Translations under genes and position numbers: made by a program
Origin: Octopus sinensis
Taxonomy: Eukaryota
Assembly (NCBI RefSeq): GCF_006345805.1
Contig: NC_043002.1
Span: forward strand, 107,632,001-107,696,000
DNA: 64,000 nucleotides
Direction: 5' to 3'
Part shown: positions 25,265 through 38,299 of the stretch, piece by piece
How the letters are laid out: each line of letters starts with the position of its first letter
How positions within the stretch are numbered: position 1 is the first letter of the stretch
The notes under the pieces: generated by a model
Seen by the model: the letters and a program-made list of their open reading frames with translations, nothing else
Database searches by the model: none
Told to the model about the DNA's origin: nothing

Positions 25265-27095
25265 TCTCTTTTACATGTTTCAGTCATTTGACTGTGGCCA
25301 TGCTGGAGCACCGCCTTTAGTCGAGCAAATCGACCCCAGGACTTATTCTTTGTAAGCCCAGTACTTATTCTATCGGTCTCTTTTGCCGAACCGCTAAGTG
25401 ACGGGGACGTAAACACACCAGCATCGGTTGTCAAGCAATGCTAGGGGGACAAACACAAACACACAAACACATACACGCATACATATATCTCTTCTCTCTC
25501 TTTGTTGCGTTTGTCCCTCCTCTCTCTCTCTCTTCCTTTGCTTCTCTTTCTTTTCTTTTCCCTCTTCTCTGTCACGTGACTGTTGGCCGAAATCTGCCTT
25601 TCAGCTCCTGACCCTCGTCGTGTTAACATCGTTGTTTTTCGTCCGCCGCTATAAAGGCTTCTTCCAATGCGCCAGAGAAAAAATTTGTTTGCTTGTTATC
25701 AGTCGTAAGACACTTGTTGTTTTCACCGTTAATGCTTCTGTATTTCATGTTTCTGTATTCCATTATTGTTTTTTGTTTTTTTTTATATCTGTCCCTTTTG
25801 CTGTCCTGGTGTTCGTATGCATTCGATCCTTCTTCCAGGAAATCTGCGCTTCCAGCTTAGTTTTTCTAATGCTCGTTGCTTAGTTTTTCTTGGAGGGCTG
25901 GCCGTGATCTAGTAATCTCAAGATTATCAGCCGAAATTACTACGATGATCCGGTCTTGACTGAAGACTGAGGGTTTCGAGTGTCCTGTCCGTTGTTATTG
26001 TGTCGTCTTCTAAGAGTTATACGTTCTTGTCCATGTTGTATTTTTCTACATACCTTAACATATATTCCAGGCGCCCCGTACCCCCCTTATCATTAATGTG
26101 AGCACATATTCTTAATAATTGGTACGACTCTCTGTTTGTCTCTCTCTCTCTCTCATTTTTACTTGATCTGTCCCCCTCTCTCTCTTTTCTCTCTACTCAT
26201 CCTCCTTTTCTCTTCTCTTTCCTCTGATTCTTTGGTCTAGTCTTCCACTACCCTCCTATTTCTTTGTCTCGCTCTGCACTCACAGGTCATTCTTCGACAC
26301 CCATCCCTTCTCCTCTCTGATTCCTTCTTTCTCTCTCTTCTCTCTCTTTGTTGCGTTTGTCCCTCCTCTCTCTCTCTTCCTTTGCTTCTCTTCTTTCTTT
26401 TCTTTTCCCTCTTCTCTGTCACGTGACTGTTGGCCGAAATCTGCCTTTCAGCTCCTGACCCTCGTCGTGTTAACATCGTTGTTTTTCGTCCGCCGCTATA
26501 AAGGCTTCTTCCAATGCGCCAGAGAAAAAATTTGTTTGCTTGTTATCAGTCGTAAGACACTTGTGTTTTCACCGTTAATGCTTCTGTATTTCATGTTTCT
26601 GTATTCCATTATTGTTTTTTGTTTTTTTTTTTTATATCTGTCCCTTTTGCTGTCCTGGTGTTCGTATGCATTCGATCCTTCTTCCAGGAAATCTGCGCTT
26701 CCAGCTTAGTTTTTCTAATGCTCGTTGCTTAGTTTTTCTTGGAGGGCTGGCCGTGATCTAGTAATCTCAAGATTAATCAGCCGAAATTACTACGATGATC
26801 CGGTTCTTGACTGAAGACTGAGGGTTTCGAGTGTCCTGTCCGTGTTTATTGTGTCGTCTTCTAAGAGTTATACGTTCTTGTCCATGTTGTATTTTTCTAC
26901 ATACCTTAATATATATATATATACATATATACGACAGGTTTCTTTCAGTTTCCGTCTACTAAATCCATTCACAAGGCATTGGTCGGCTCGAGGCTATAGC
27001 AGAAGACACTTGCCCAAGATGCCACGCAGTGGGACTCAACATGGAACCATGTGGTTGGTTAGCAAGCTACTTACCACACAGCCACTTCTGCGCCT
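25265..27095 (-). mobile_element. SINE family A split at its internal microsatellite (3' half 25265-25487, 5' half ~26930-27095)
   Basis: The two halves are collinear around the 1.4 kb insert. Confidence 0.85.
25488..26909 (+). mobile_element. Penelope-like tandem pseudo-LTR insert (direct repeats 25488-26058 and 26334-26909)
   Basis: ~570 bp near-identical direct repeats; short RTPLIIN-like ORF end in between; inserted in (TA)n. Confidence 0.65.
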
Positions 27096-27137
27096 ATATG
27101 TACATATATCTGTATACTTGAATATTGTGATTCATGT

Positions 27138-27225
27138 ATCCACCTGATGAAAACGGTTTTTTTCTAATCATGCAAATCTCTCCATTAACCAATAAAAAAA
27201 TTCATTGGAAACAAGTGTAGTGGAT
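27138..27225 (+). ncRNA. Type I hammerhead ribozyme motif (stem II eroded)
   Basis: ATCCAC CTGATGA A AACGGTTTTTT..AAAAAAATTCATT G GAAAC AAGT GTA GTGGAT; perfect 6-bp stem I. Confidence 0.75.
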
Positions 27226-27440
27226 CCATTTGTTATTTTGGAATCTGCTCCTTGCGTAGATCAGAAGCATTTTATGGAGCGTACATTTAGTACGATATGC
27301 GCTCATTGATTAGCCTCAGGGCTATTGATATACTCAGTCAAGTACAGTTATTCGTATACACAACCTGAATATCTATCTTTCTACTCACATATGTATTCAT
27401 TTACCTGATTCATGCGAATCCTGATCTATTATATATATAT

Positions 27441-27552
27441 GGTCTGCTCACTTAGCCAGTGGGGTGGCGTCATTTGAAGGCTAAAAAACAATGCGAAGCG
27501 CATTGTGACCAGCGATGAATAGCAACATCTGATAGCTTGGTCGGTCACGGTG

Positions 27553-27553
<1 letters not shown>
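27441..27553 (+). mobile_element. RTE-type SINE tail fragment
   Basis: Matches 49227-49342. Confidence 0.75.
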
Positions 27554-27583
<30 letters not shown>

Positions 27584-27633
27584 CAATAGATCAGGGTCTT
27601 ATTCACACACACACAACACACACACACACACGC

Positions 27634-27705
<72 letters not shown>

Positions 27706-27761
27706 ATACACACACATATATATATATATACTAAAAAGGGCATATATATGTATATGTATAT

Positions 27762-27944
27762 AGGTGCAGGAGTGGCTGTGTGGTAAGTAGCTTGCTTACC
27801 AACCACATGGTTCCGGGTTCAATCCCACTGCATGGCACCTCGGGCAAGTGTCTTCTACTATAGCTTCAGGCCGACCAAAGCCTTGTGTGAAGACTTGGTA
27901 GACGGAAACTGAAAGAAGCCCGTCGTATATATATATATATATAT

Positions 27945-27979
<35 letters not shown>

Positions 27980-28190
27980 CTGTCTGTCTGTTTGTCCCCC
28001 CACCATCGCTTGATAACCGATGTTGGTGTGTTTACGCTTCCGTAACCTAGCGGTTCGGCAAAAGAAACCGATTGAATAAGTACTAGGCTTACAAAGAATA
28101 AGTCCTGGGGTTGATTTGCTCCACTAAAGGCTGTGCTCCAGTATGGTCGTCGCAGTCAAAATGACTGAAACAAATAAAAGAATAAAAGAA
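27762..28190 (+). mobile_element. SINE family A, full length
   Basis: Family A pattern. Confidence 0.9.
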
Positions 28191-28207
28191 TATACATACA
28201 TACATAC

Positions 28208-28238
<31 letters not shown>

Positions 28239-28316
28239 CATACATACAACATACATACATACACACACATACATACATACATACATACATACATACATAC
28301 ATACATACATACATAC

Positions 28317-28347
<31 letters not shown>

Positions 28348-28365
28348 CATACATACATACATACA

Positions 28366-28403
<38 letters not shown>

Positions 28404-29399
28404 TATGTATGGAATATCATTAAATGAAAAATAAACAAGGGCCGCCAATCCCACACAAGTGGAAAAGCCGCTTGTTCTGTTGGATAAGAACATCCCGCAT
28501 CTCTGCTCGACTTTCAGTCTTCGTGCTAGAACAGGATTCACTGAAAAGTGCAAGCGACCTTCCTTTGTGTTGGCCCAGGTAAAAACAGAGAGAGAGAGAA
28601 AAAAAACGCCTATTCAGGTGGCGATAGACAATGGCTATGGTTTCTATGAACAGTCAATGGAGGCTCTCTTGAATTCTAGTAATGCTTCCCGTCTCCTTCC
28701 TTAATCAGCACATCGTCCTCGCCATCTTCTTTCATGCCGGTTGTAATTATGAGCTAATTGATAATCAATAAATCTATAACCGAAAAAAAGAAAGCTGTGT
28801 ATCAGCAAGACATGGAGAGACTATCAAAAGGGAGTCAATACACATGAATATTGAAAATAGCAGTCACGAGAAACGCAGGAGCAGCAACAATGCCGGTGTT
28901 AGTGACGTATAAAGCATGTCAGGAGTAAGTGACAAGCAGTTTTGCACATTGGATAATGTAGTCCTAGATATACAACATCTTATCGCCAGTAGATCTTCTA
29001 TGCAAAATATGTTGGCACGTGTTCGAAGATCCCATTCTTGGAATGGCAAACCCAGTTCTTTGCCCGATTTCAATATTATTTTCTGGTTCTCTGGTGTTTT
29101 TTTTGTTTTTTTTTGCAGAATCTATTGCTTCAAGAATTTGGATCAAGTTCCACTGTTCGGATAACTTCGTTTCTTAACCCACCCCACTGTCACTCTTACA
29201 GACTTGAAAAATTTCATAAGGGCTAGCCTGTCCTCTAATTCATAATAATAATAATAATAATAATATAATAATAACAATAATAATAATAATAATAATAAAA
29301 ATTTGTGTGTGTAATCTGGGAATGCATACAATGAGCTTCTCTACTCTAGGTGTACGGAAAACACTCGGCGAGAAACGGAAGAAAATTTGAAGAAAGAAG

Positions 29400-29465
<66 letters not shown>

Positions 29466-29621
29466 TGATGATGATGATGATGATGATAATAATAATAATA
29501 ATAATATAATAATAATAATAATAATAACAACAACAACAACAACAACAACAACAAAAACAACAATAACGATAATAATAACAACAACAATAACAATAATAAT
29601 AATGATACCACAAATTAATAA

Positions 29622-29906
29622 ATTACCACAGATTTGCTTGTCAGTTGTTTGACCTTAACCAGTTGACCTTGTCCCTCAGTGGCTAATGATGTGTGCATCC
29701 CTGATCACGAGCAGAAGTAGTTGGAGAGCATCACAGCCATGTGTTGAATGTAATTCTTTGGGGTTTGGGTAATTAACCTTTGGAAAAATGGGTGTTTCAT
29801 TCAACATCCCTAGGTAATTCAGGCCTTTTGAACGGGATGGGCTACTCGACCTTAAGAAAATTCAAACTGGGCCCCACCTGCAAGGTCATGCACTGTTTAT
29901 CTTGAT
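29622..29906 (+). mobile_element. Family C internal fragment (opposite orientation)
   Basis: Reverse complement of ~43018-43310. Confidence 0.75.
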
Positions 29907-30039
29907 ACACGAATGGTGTAGTCTTCCTGATAAGGTGAAATTCCAACAACGGCCTATCAAGGGACCCCACAGATTCAAGATTACACTCACCACTAAAGGC
30001 ACGAGCCGTTGCCCAGGTGTTGTCCTCCAATCTACATGC

Positions 30040-30545
30040 GCATGCTTAGTGTAAAGCCATCCCTTCTTAACATTTTCTGCCAATTTTGCCCATTGTTTCA
30101 CAAATTCACTTGGAGGTAGCACTTCACTCTCCACTCTTACTTTTCTTTCCAAATGGAACTTTAAAAAGTCGATGAGGGCTTGAGCGAAGAAGAAGATGTC
30201 TGTCCTCAATCCGTTCACCCTCGTACACCATAGTTTCTTTCGCCACAGCAACTAGACAGAGGAACACTGTCCGTTCTTCTTTGTTAAGAGTGGGTGCTAG
30301 GGCGATCCTCACGATGGATTCACCCGACAGTAGGATTTGCCCCACACGCGATAACAGCCGATCGGCATAACTTCACAAATCAACAATATTCGGACACTGT
30401 ACAAGTGCGCGCAGAACGGTTTCGTCGCTCTACGCGCATCTCGGACAACTCCTGCTTCAGAGCGCTTCCTTACCTGAAGACGTTATCTCGAACCGGTCAT
30501 GCTCTTCGGTAGCACTGCCAGACCAAGGATTTCCGGAAGTTATCG
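30040..30545 (-). mobile_element. Tx1/L1-clade LINE ORF2 C-terminal fragment (zf-RVT-like)
   Basis: FRKSLVWQCYR..PVRD, ETVL.ALVQC, FLCLVAVAKE, LIDFLKFHLERKVRVESEVL..EFVKQW. Confidence 0.75.
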
Positions 30546-30630
30546 GAAAGGAATAACAAGTTCATTCTCCTCGATTCTAGAGTTTCCTTGAGAACGTCAA
30601 TGATCTTACCTACCGCTATGTTTCTATATA

Positions 30631-31032
30631 TCTATATATATAAAAGTGAGGTTGTGTGCTGTCTGTCTCCTACGATTTAGATTCCTAACTACTCCCACAT
30701 TTTGCGGTGCAGTTTAACCAAAACCGGGTATCTTATAGTCGTGATTCATATCAAGCCCTTCTGGGTATTAGCGCGCGTCTACGATGAGTCTACGATTTTA
30801 AAAAAAATTTACCATAATTTTTCCGCATTTTTAATGCATTTTCGCTCGGTTTACATAAGGGAAGTAACTCTCTAAAAATGTATTATTAAATCTCAGAACG
30901 TAAAAAGCTACAGTAACACCCCCCCCCCTTGTGGTTAGCCATATTGAGATGGCTATTATACTTTTATATCTCTAAAATGCTTATATAGTTATTTCCCTTA
31001 CAAACCCGAGCAACGCCGGGCGATACTGCTAG
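30631..31032 (+). mobile_element. Non-autonomous Helitron (second copy)
   Basis: A|TC..hairpin..CTAG|T; near-identical to 15143-15540. Confidence 0.85.
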
Positions 31033-31813
31033 TTACTAATATAAAACTTCCACTAACTGCATTGCTCGACTGGTAGAGAGCAAAGAGCGCCCAACAACAC
31101 TCTAAAATCAATCTTTATACAGTAATACCCGTTATAAATGTTTGTTGGTTGGTTGGTTGGTTGATTTCTTCAGTCACGCTTTACATCGTAGAGAGAGAGG
31201 GGGAGAAAATAACTGGAAGATACAGAGAGAGTTAACATAAGAGGAGCAGGATGAGTATCATAACTTTCTGAATGATACGCATTGGTTTAATGAAATTTTA
31301 TAGAAATTGGTTTTTGATGAAGCAGATTGCGACCTTGCTGATAAAATTTAGAAAAATAATAGCAAAATATTTATTGCAAAGAGAGAAACGAGAAATTTTT
31401 TATCTAATCTTATTTTAAGCTAATAAATATTTTTCTCTTGAAAATTAATATTCATTTTATCATCTTGTATAAGAAGCAAGAAATATGGTAAAAGTTGGAT
31501 TTTAATTATTGTATGTCTGCCATATTTCACGATGTGACCAGCGTGACTAAAGAATAACTTGCAAAGTAATTTGTCATTAAATGACAAGTAATTTATTCAA
31601 AGCAAGCTGGTGAATTGGCTGTTTCAGTAGATCGGGAGCCAAAAATGCCATTCGGAATTCAATAATGACCATTCTGTTGTGAGTTCGAGTCCCACTGAAG
31701 TTAACATTATTTTTCATTTTACCAGAGTCGATGAAATTAAGTATCAAAATAGTGTTTAAGTTCGCCTCTCTTTTAACCAAGTTTAAATTCATCCACGACA
31801 AACTTTTGGTGTA

Positions 31814-31850
<37 letters not shown>

Positions 31851-32516
31851 TTGTTGTGGTGGTGGTGGTGGAGGTGGTGTGGTGGTGGTGGTGGTGGTGT
31901 CGGCGGCGGCGTTTGGCACCGAGCCAGAACAGAGACACTCGAGATGTGGCCATCGTGTAATCCAACCAGACTGTATTATCCAATGTGTCCTCTGTTAAGA
32001 CAACGCGGATGTGGATTGAAGAACATTTAGCTGCTATTGCTAGCAGTTGGAAAGACCACATAGATGCTCCGTTCCTGTTTATTGATTATGGCTGGGGGGG
32101 GCGTATGGGGGTGATATTAGCCCCCACACAAAACACACACCGCCCCCCGGTAGCCTTAATCAAACAGATCTATAATAATATTATTTTCTAATACAATATA
32201 TTTCCAGGCGTTGTATAACGGTGTCAACATAATCCATCCAATATGGCCATATTTTTGTTTGGGTAAGATACGCTGAAGATTTGGCTGCTATTTCCAGCAG
32301 AATGAGCAACCACGTAGATGCTTTCTCGCAGACTTTTCTTTCATCTGGTGGTGTCAGATTTAAGAGACTCTTCCCACCAATTCTTACCAAAAATTGACCG
32401 TTTGCCAAGAGAGAATTTTTGTAAAAATAACCCGAGTTTATAGGTATGTGTGAGTGTGCGTGTGTATATATGTGCGTTTGCATCTGGTATTATACGAATG
32501 TATATGTATAATATGC

Positions 32517-32562
<46 letters not shown>

Positions 32563-32734
32563 GTATAAACACAGATACACACACACATATATACATATAC
32601 ATGCGTATACACACAGATATGCACACACACACACACACATATATATAATACATATTATGCATAAATACATACATGTACATAAACACACACCTGTATATAT
32701 ATATATATATAATATAAATACAGACAGACACGTT

Positions 32735-32776
<42 letters not shown>

Positions 32777-32987
32777 AATATATATATATATATATCTAAA
32801 CATAATATATAGAGGGGGAGAGAGAGTGGAAAAGATAGAAAGTTAGATAGCTAGCTAGCTAGATAGATAGATAGATAGATAGATGTAAATACACACATAT
32901 ATATACATGTTTATGCGTATATATGTATATTTATATATTATATATATGTATTCATGTGTATATATATTTGTGTTTATTTATATACAT

Positions 32988-33022
<35 letters not shown>

Positions 33023-33418
33023 CACACATGTACAGAGCGAGAGAGATAGATTGACAGAGAGAAAGAGAGAAAACCGTGAGTGTGTGTATGCGCTAGAACT
33101 ATATTACATTGAATGATACGCGACTAATGACTGATGACTAATGGCTCTCAGTGCAGCGTCAGTTATTTTAAGTTAATAATGCTTCGGTAAGAAACTCTGC
33201 TTTGTAAGAGAATCTGTGGTGCGGAGAACAAATTAGATTGCGACATTTTAGTTAACTTTTGTGACCTCGCCCAGGTCAAATTTGACCTTCATCCTGCGGT
33301 AGGTCAAGAAGAGGACACTGGATTCGATCCTATCGATTAGTTCACTCTCACCACACACACACACACCAGGCATCCCCTAAAAATTGAAGGTGGGAGAGTC
33401 TTGCTTGCTCACTAGCCA

Positions 33419-33431
33419 ATGATGCTGATGA

Positions 33432-33465
<34 letters not shown>

Positions 33466-33467
33466 GG

Positions 33468-33530
<63 letters not shown>

Positions 33531-33652
33531 GATGAAGATGAAGATGATGATGATGATGATGATGATGATGGTGGTGATGGTGGTGATGAAGATGATGATG
33601 ATGATGATGATGATGAAGATGAAGATGATGATGATGATGGTGGTGGTGGTGG

Positions 33653-33686
<34 letters not shown>

Positions 33687-33826
33687 GATGAAGATGATGA
33701 TGATGATGGTGGTGGGTGGTGGTGGTGGTGGTGGTGGTGGTGGTGGTGGTGATGATGATGATGATGGTGGTGGCGGTGGTGGTGGTGGTGATGAGGATGA
33801 TGATGATGATGATGGTGATGATGATA
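33419..33826. repeat. (GAT)n/(GGT)n microsatellite
   Basis: Direct inspection. Confidence 0.95.
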
Positions 33827-33900
33827 ACATCTTCGGATAGAAAAGGACGCCATATTGGTTTGATTACATTGCAGAATTCCTAGCTAACCTCATGTTTATG

Positions 33901-33944
<44 letters not shown>

Positions 33945-34171
33945 ATGCTTGTTCATGAATGTGTATGTACGTATGTACGTATGTGTATGCGTGTATGTGT
34001 ATCCTTATGTGTGTGTGTGTGTGTTACATTTGATGAATCAGTTGAAAACTATTTCGGCATCCTCCTACCCCTCCTCCTCCTCCCCACCTCCTACCCCCCT
34101 CAAACGCTCTGCGTCTTCTAATCACTTGTCACTTAAGTTACATTATTTTCATTCACATAATTCTCTTCTTC

Positions 34172-34181
34172 AACTACTACA

Positions 34182-34237
<56 letters not shown>

Positions 34238-34238
34238 A

Positions 34239-34284
<46 letters not shown>

Positions 34285-34525
34285 TTACTACTACAACTAC
34301 CACTACAGCTGCTGCTACTACTACTATTACTAGTGCTACTGCTACCACCACCACCACTACTACTACTATTACTACCACTACTACTACTTTTACTACTACA
34401 ACTACTACTACTACTACTACTACTACTACAACTGCTACCACCACCACCATTACTACTATTTATTACAACCTCAAATATTGCCACTACTACTAGTAGTAGT
34501 AGTAGTACAACTACTACTGCTACTA
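34172..34525. repeat. (CTA)n/(GAT)n microsatellite
   Basis: Direct inspection. Confidence 0.9.
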
Positions 34526-34895
34526 TTGCTCTTTCTATTGAATACTCGTACAATTTAGCCGTTCGACCTTCAAGGCATAGCAGCCAAATCTCCCTCAGAT
34601 CACACTCTACCACTTAAAAAAAAGCAATGGATACATTGGGTTATAGAGTTTTACTTAGATAACTCTGCCTCAGGAACAAGACTTGATGGTCATGTCTGGT
34701 ATGCCTTTGATTGTCGGCCTGGTCGATCGCAGCTGCTATGAATTAAACACCACCACCACTGCCACCACTACTACAACTGCTACTTAACGACCGGGTGGCA
34801 AAAACTATTTGATGAAATTTAAGGGGTATCTCGGTCTGGGCCCCTAAGAGCCAAGGAAGGAGTTCTCATTGAATGTCTGTAAAGATTCTCTTTCT

Positions 34896-34989
<94 letters not shown>

Positions 34990-35012
34990 AACGTTGAATC
35001 TCTGTTCCATAA

Positions 35013-35495
35013 TAATATGCTTTATTAAAAATAGCTGCAAAACATCACAAAAATATCACAAAAGTCTGATACTCAGAGTTTTAGGTACCCGTTCGCCGGG
35101 CAGTTGTGATCCAGAATGGAATAATAAAAATTGAAGTACATCGTCGTACAACATTAATTTTTATCCCATTCTGGATCACAACTCTCCGATGAATGGGAAC
35201 CTGAAACTCTAAGCAGCACACTTTTGTGATATTTTTGTGATGTTTTTGCAGCTTTTTTAATAAACCATATTACTACTCTATCTCCGGTATTCGAGTACTA
35301 TTTTTCCCCACCTTGTTTCACATTTATATGCTTACTCGAGTATATATATATATTTATATAATATATATATATATATAATATATATATATATTATATATAG
35401 ATATATATATATATATATACTCGATAAGCATATAAATGTGAAACAAGGTAAAAATAGTACTCGATACCGGGATAGAGTAATATGGTTTATTAAAA
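35013..35495. mobile_element. PLE-like 3' ends in two overlapping inverted-repeat arrangements, with degenerate hammerheads
   Basis: IR 35013-35132/35156-35272; IR 35255-35340/35420-35495 around (TA)n; CCGATGA..GAAAC TCTAAG at 35186-35213 with an inverted copy at ~35066-35105. Confidence 0.65.
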
Positions 35496-35501
35496 TATAT
35501 G

Positions 35502-35532
<31 letters not shown>

Positions 35533-35558
35533 TATATATATATTATATATATATATAT

Positions 35559-35788
35559 GGAGTGGCTGTGTGGTAAGTAGCTTGCGAGCCAACCACATGA
35601 TTCCGGGTTCAGTCCTACTGCGTGGCACCTTGGGCGAGTGTCTTCTACTATAGCCTCGGGTTGACCAAAGCCTTGTGAGTAGATTTGGTAGATGGAAACT
35701 GAAAGAAGCCCATCGTATATATATATGTGTGTGTGTGTGTGTTTGTGTGTCCGTGTTTGTCCCTCCACCATCGCTTGACAACCGATTC
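35559..35788 (+). mobile_element. SINE family A, 3'-truncated
   Basis: Family A pattern. Confidence 0.85.
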
Positions 35789-35803
35789 GGATATATATAT
35801 ATA

Positions 35804-36000
35804 TCCGAAGGCTTTTGCTGCTTCTGCGAGACATGTGCAAGTTCTTGCAGGTCTGGTTCATTCAATGCTGCAAGCGCACAATAGTCTGCAAACAGGAAGT
35901 CTCTCACTAGAGCGTCCAGGAGTTTGGTTTTTGCCTTCAGACGTCTAAGGTCAAAGAATCGGCCGTCATATCTGTAGCGAATAGTGACACCAGCATCAAA
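35804..36000 (-). mobile_element. RTE/BovB-like RT fragment
   Basis: DAGVTIRYRYDGRFFDLRRLKAKTKLLDALVRDFLFADYCALAALNEPDLQ. Confidence 0.85.
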
Positions 36001-36081
36001 CTTTGACCATTAGCCTGTGAAAAACTGCAGTCTACCAGCTGATGTATGTCATTTTGTATCCTCTCCATTTTCTTTTTTGCC

Positions 36082-36155
<74 letters not shown>

Positions 36156-36162
<7 letters not shown>

Positions 36163-36612
36163 CAATGAGAGGCTTCCAAATAGGAAAGCGTTGTGCTAGA
36201 ACACAAAAAAAGGGATAAATTCACGAAAGGAATGAAAATTAAAAACATTTACCATCTCAACTATATCCCAGACCGACGGTTTCTAACTATTTCCAGCAAA
36301 AAAATATTCGCCGAAGGCAAGTTTCTTCAGTGGGACAGCCTTCATAATCCTGACGTACAGACTGCTAGATCCACATGTAGATCCAACGGTTTGTAAATCC
36401 TAACTTTACAAACCTCTGCGCAGACGCAAATCATACCCGGCGACAGAGAGGATGCCGGTAAAAATTTCGAACGAATTTATCAAACAATATTTAAACATAA
36501 TAAAATAGGGTATCAATAATAAATTATTATTACCAGTGGCCTAGCACAAAAAACGAATTAGACATTAGACTATATATTATTCATATAGAAATACAATAAG
36601 AGGCTTCCAAAT
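36156..36612 (-). mobile_element. Short PLE-like/retrozyme-like module with terminal 27-bp direct repeat
   Basis: AGAAATACAAT(G/A)AGAGGCTTCCAAATA at ~36156 and ~36587; contains a hammerhead; flanked by (TA)n/(GA)n. Confidence 0.65.
36266..36335 (-). ncRNA. Type I hammerhead ribozyme motif
   Basis: Minus: TCCCA CTGAAGA AACT..AGTT A GAAAC CGTCG GTC TGGGA. Confidence 0.8.
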
Positions 36613-36809
36613 ATATATATATATATATATATATAGTACAAAGTAAGATAGGGGTTATGAATGTAACCCACTATGGGATATCATTTATCCAATATACTGT
36701 TGGTAAAGTACCCAAATTCTTAATACATAAATGCTTTTAATTGCAATGCAATTAACTCATTTATTGTATTAATGGGTGAAGGTAAAAATATTTTGACCGT
36801 AAATTCATA

Positions 36810-36888
36810 ATACAAATAAGAAAATGGAGAAACAAATTCATCTCGTTTATCACGAGATGAATTTGTTTCTCCATTTTCTTATTTGTAT
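36810..36888. repeat. Perfect 37-bp-arm hairpin with 5-nt loop
   Basis: 36810-36846 is the reverse complement of 36852-36888. Confidence 0.95.
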
Positions 36889-37084
36889 ATATATATAATA
36901 TATATATATATATATGTATGTATGTATGTATATGTATATGTATACACACACACACATATAAACAAGTACAAATCTATCAATGGAAGTGTTGTAGTGGGCT
37001 TGTCGCATTGTAGTACTGAAGAAGGAAAAGAAGAGCGAAAAGAAGAAAGCTTCTAATAATGGAGAAAGTTCTCCAAAAACTTTA

Positions 37085-37260
37085 ATATTTCAGGCGTAGA
37101 GGTCCATCCTCAGAAGGAAGTAGTCTGGGAAATGTCCAGTGACACCGATTGGGGAATGTCCAGTTGCATCGATTCCGTAACTTTAAGGTAACGGAATCGG
37201 TATAAATGGACATTTCCCAGCGTACTTCCTTCTGAGGATGGGCACCCGCGCCTAAAATAT
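37085..37260. repeat. Fold-back/MITE-like palindromic element
   Basis: CCATCCTCAGAAGGAAGTA..GGGAAATGTCCA pairs with TGGACATTTCCC..TACTTCCTTCTGAGGATGG; inner CGATTCCGT/ACGGAATCG. Confidence 0.8.
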
Positions 37261-37579
37261 AAAGGTTTTTGTGAAACACTCCGTTTTGTTAAAAAGCTTT
37301 CTTATTTTTCATTTCCTTTACTTTCCACAAATATATATCAATGTTAAACTGCGTGTGCAATTCCATTGAAGTATGTGTGTGTTGTGTGTATGAGTGTACC
37401 GCGCGCGTGCGCGTGCGCGCGCGTGTGTGTGTGTGCGTGTGTGTGTCTGTGTGTATTTGTGTTTGTGTGTGTTTGTGTGTGTGTGTGTGGTGTGTGTGTG
37501 TGTGTGCGATATAATAATAGATCCGTAAGATGCTTTTTGCAAGCAACTCAACTGATGGTTTTTTAAAATTCATAAAAAT

Positions 37580-37616
<37 letters not shown>

Positions 37617-38299
37617 ACAACAACAACAACAACAACAAGACCGCCACCACCATCATCATCGTCGTAGCCAGCAGTTATACCAACAACCATGACGAACTGA
37701 AAAAAAGATGAAGACAGAAATGTTATGACAATAAGTCGACAATGGTAACAACAACAACAACAAAACCAGAAGCAATTATAGAAGGTGAAGAACTACAACA
37801 ACCACAACAGCAATAGCAACAACAACAACAACACTATAATAACGAACGTTTTGGAGGCGGCAAAGGAAACGAGCCACAATTACATGATTAATGTCTTGTC
37901 TGTCTGTGTGTGTGTGTGTACTGTGTGTGTGTGTGTGTGTGTGTAAGTGTGTGTGTGTGTATTGTGTGTGTGTACTGTGTATGTGTGTGTGCGTGAGTGT
38001 GTGTGAGTGTATTGTGTGTGTGTATTGAGTGTGTGTGTGCGTGAGTGTGTGTGTGCGTGTGTGCGTGTGTGTGTGAGTGTGTGTGTGTGCGTGTGTGCGT
38101 GCGTGTGTGCATGTGTGTGAGTGTGTGTGTGCGTGTATGTGTGAATGTGTGAGTTTGTGTGTGAGAGAGAGAGAGAGTGTCTGCGTCTGCGTATGAGTGT
38201 GTGAGTGTGTGTGTGAGTGTATGCGCGTGTGCGTATGCCTCAGTATGTGTGAGTGTGTGTTTGTGTGTGTGCGTGCGATAAACATGTTGAACCGATGTG

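Noticed and set aside
28864-29164. Overlapping short ORFs in unique-looking sequence
   Set aside because: No recognisable domain or splice evidence
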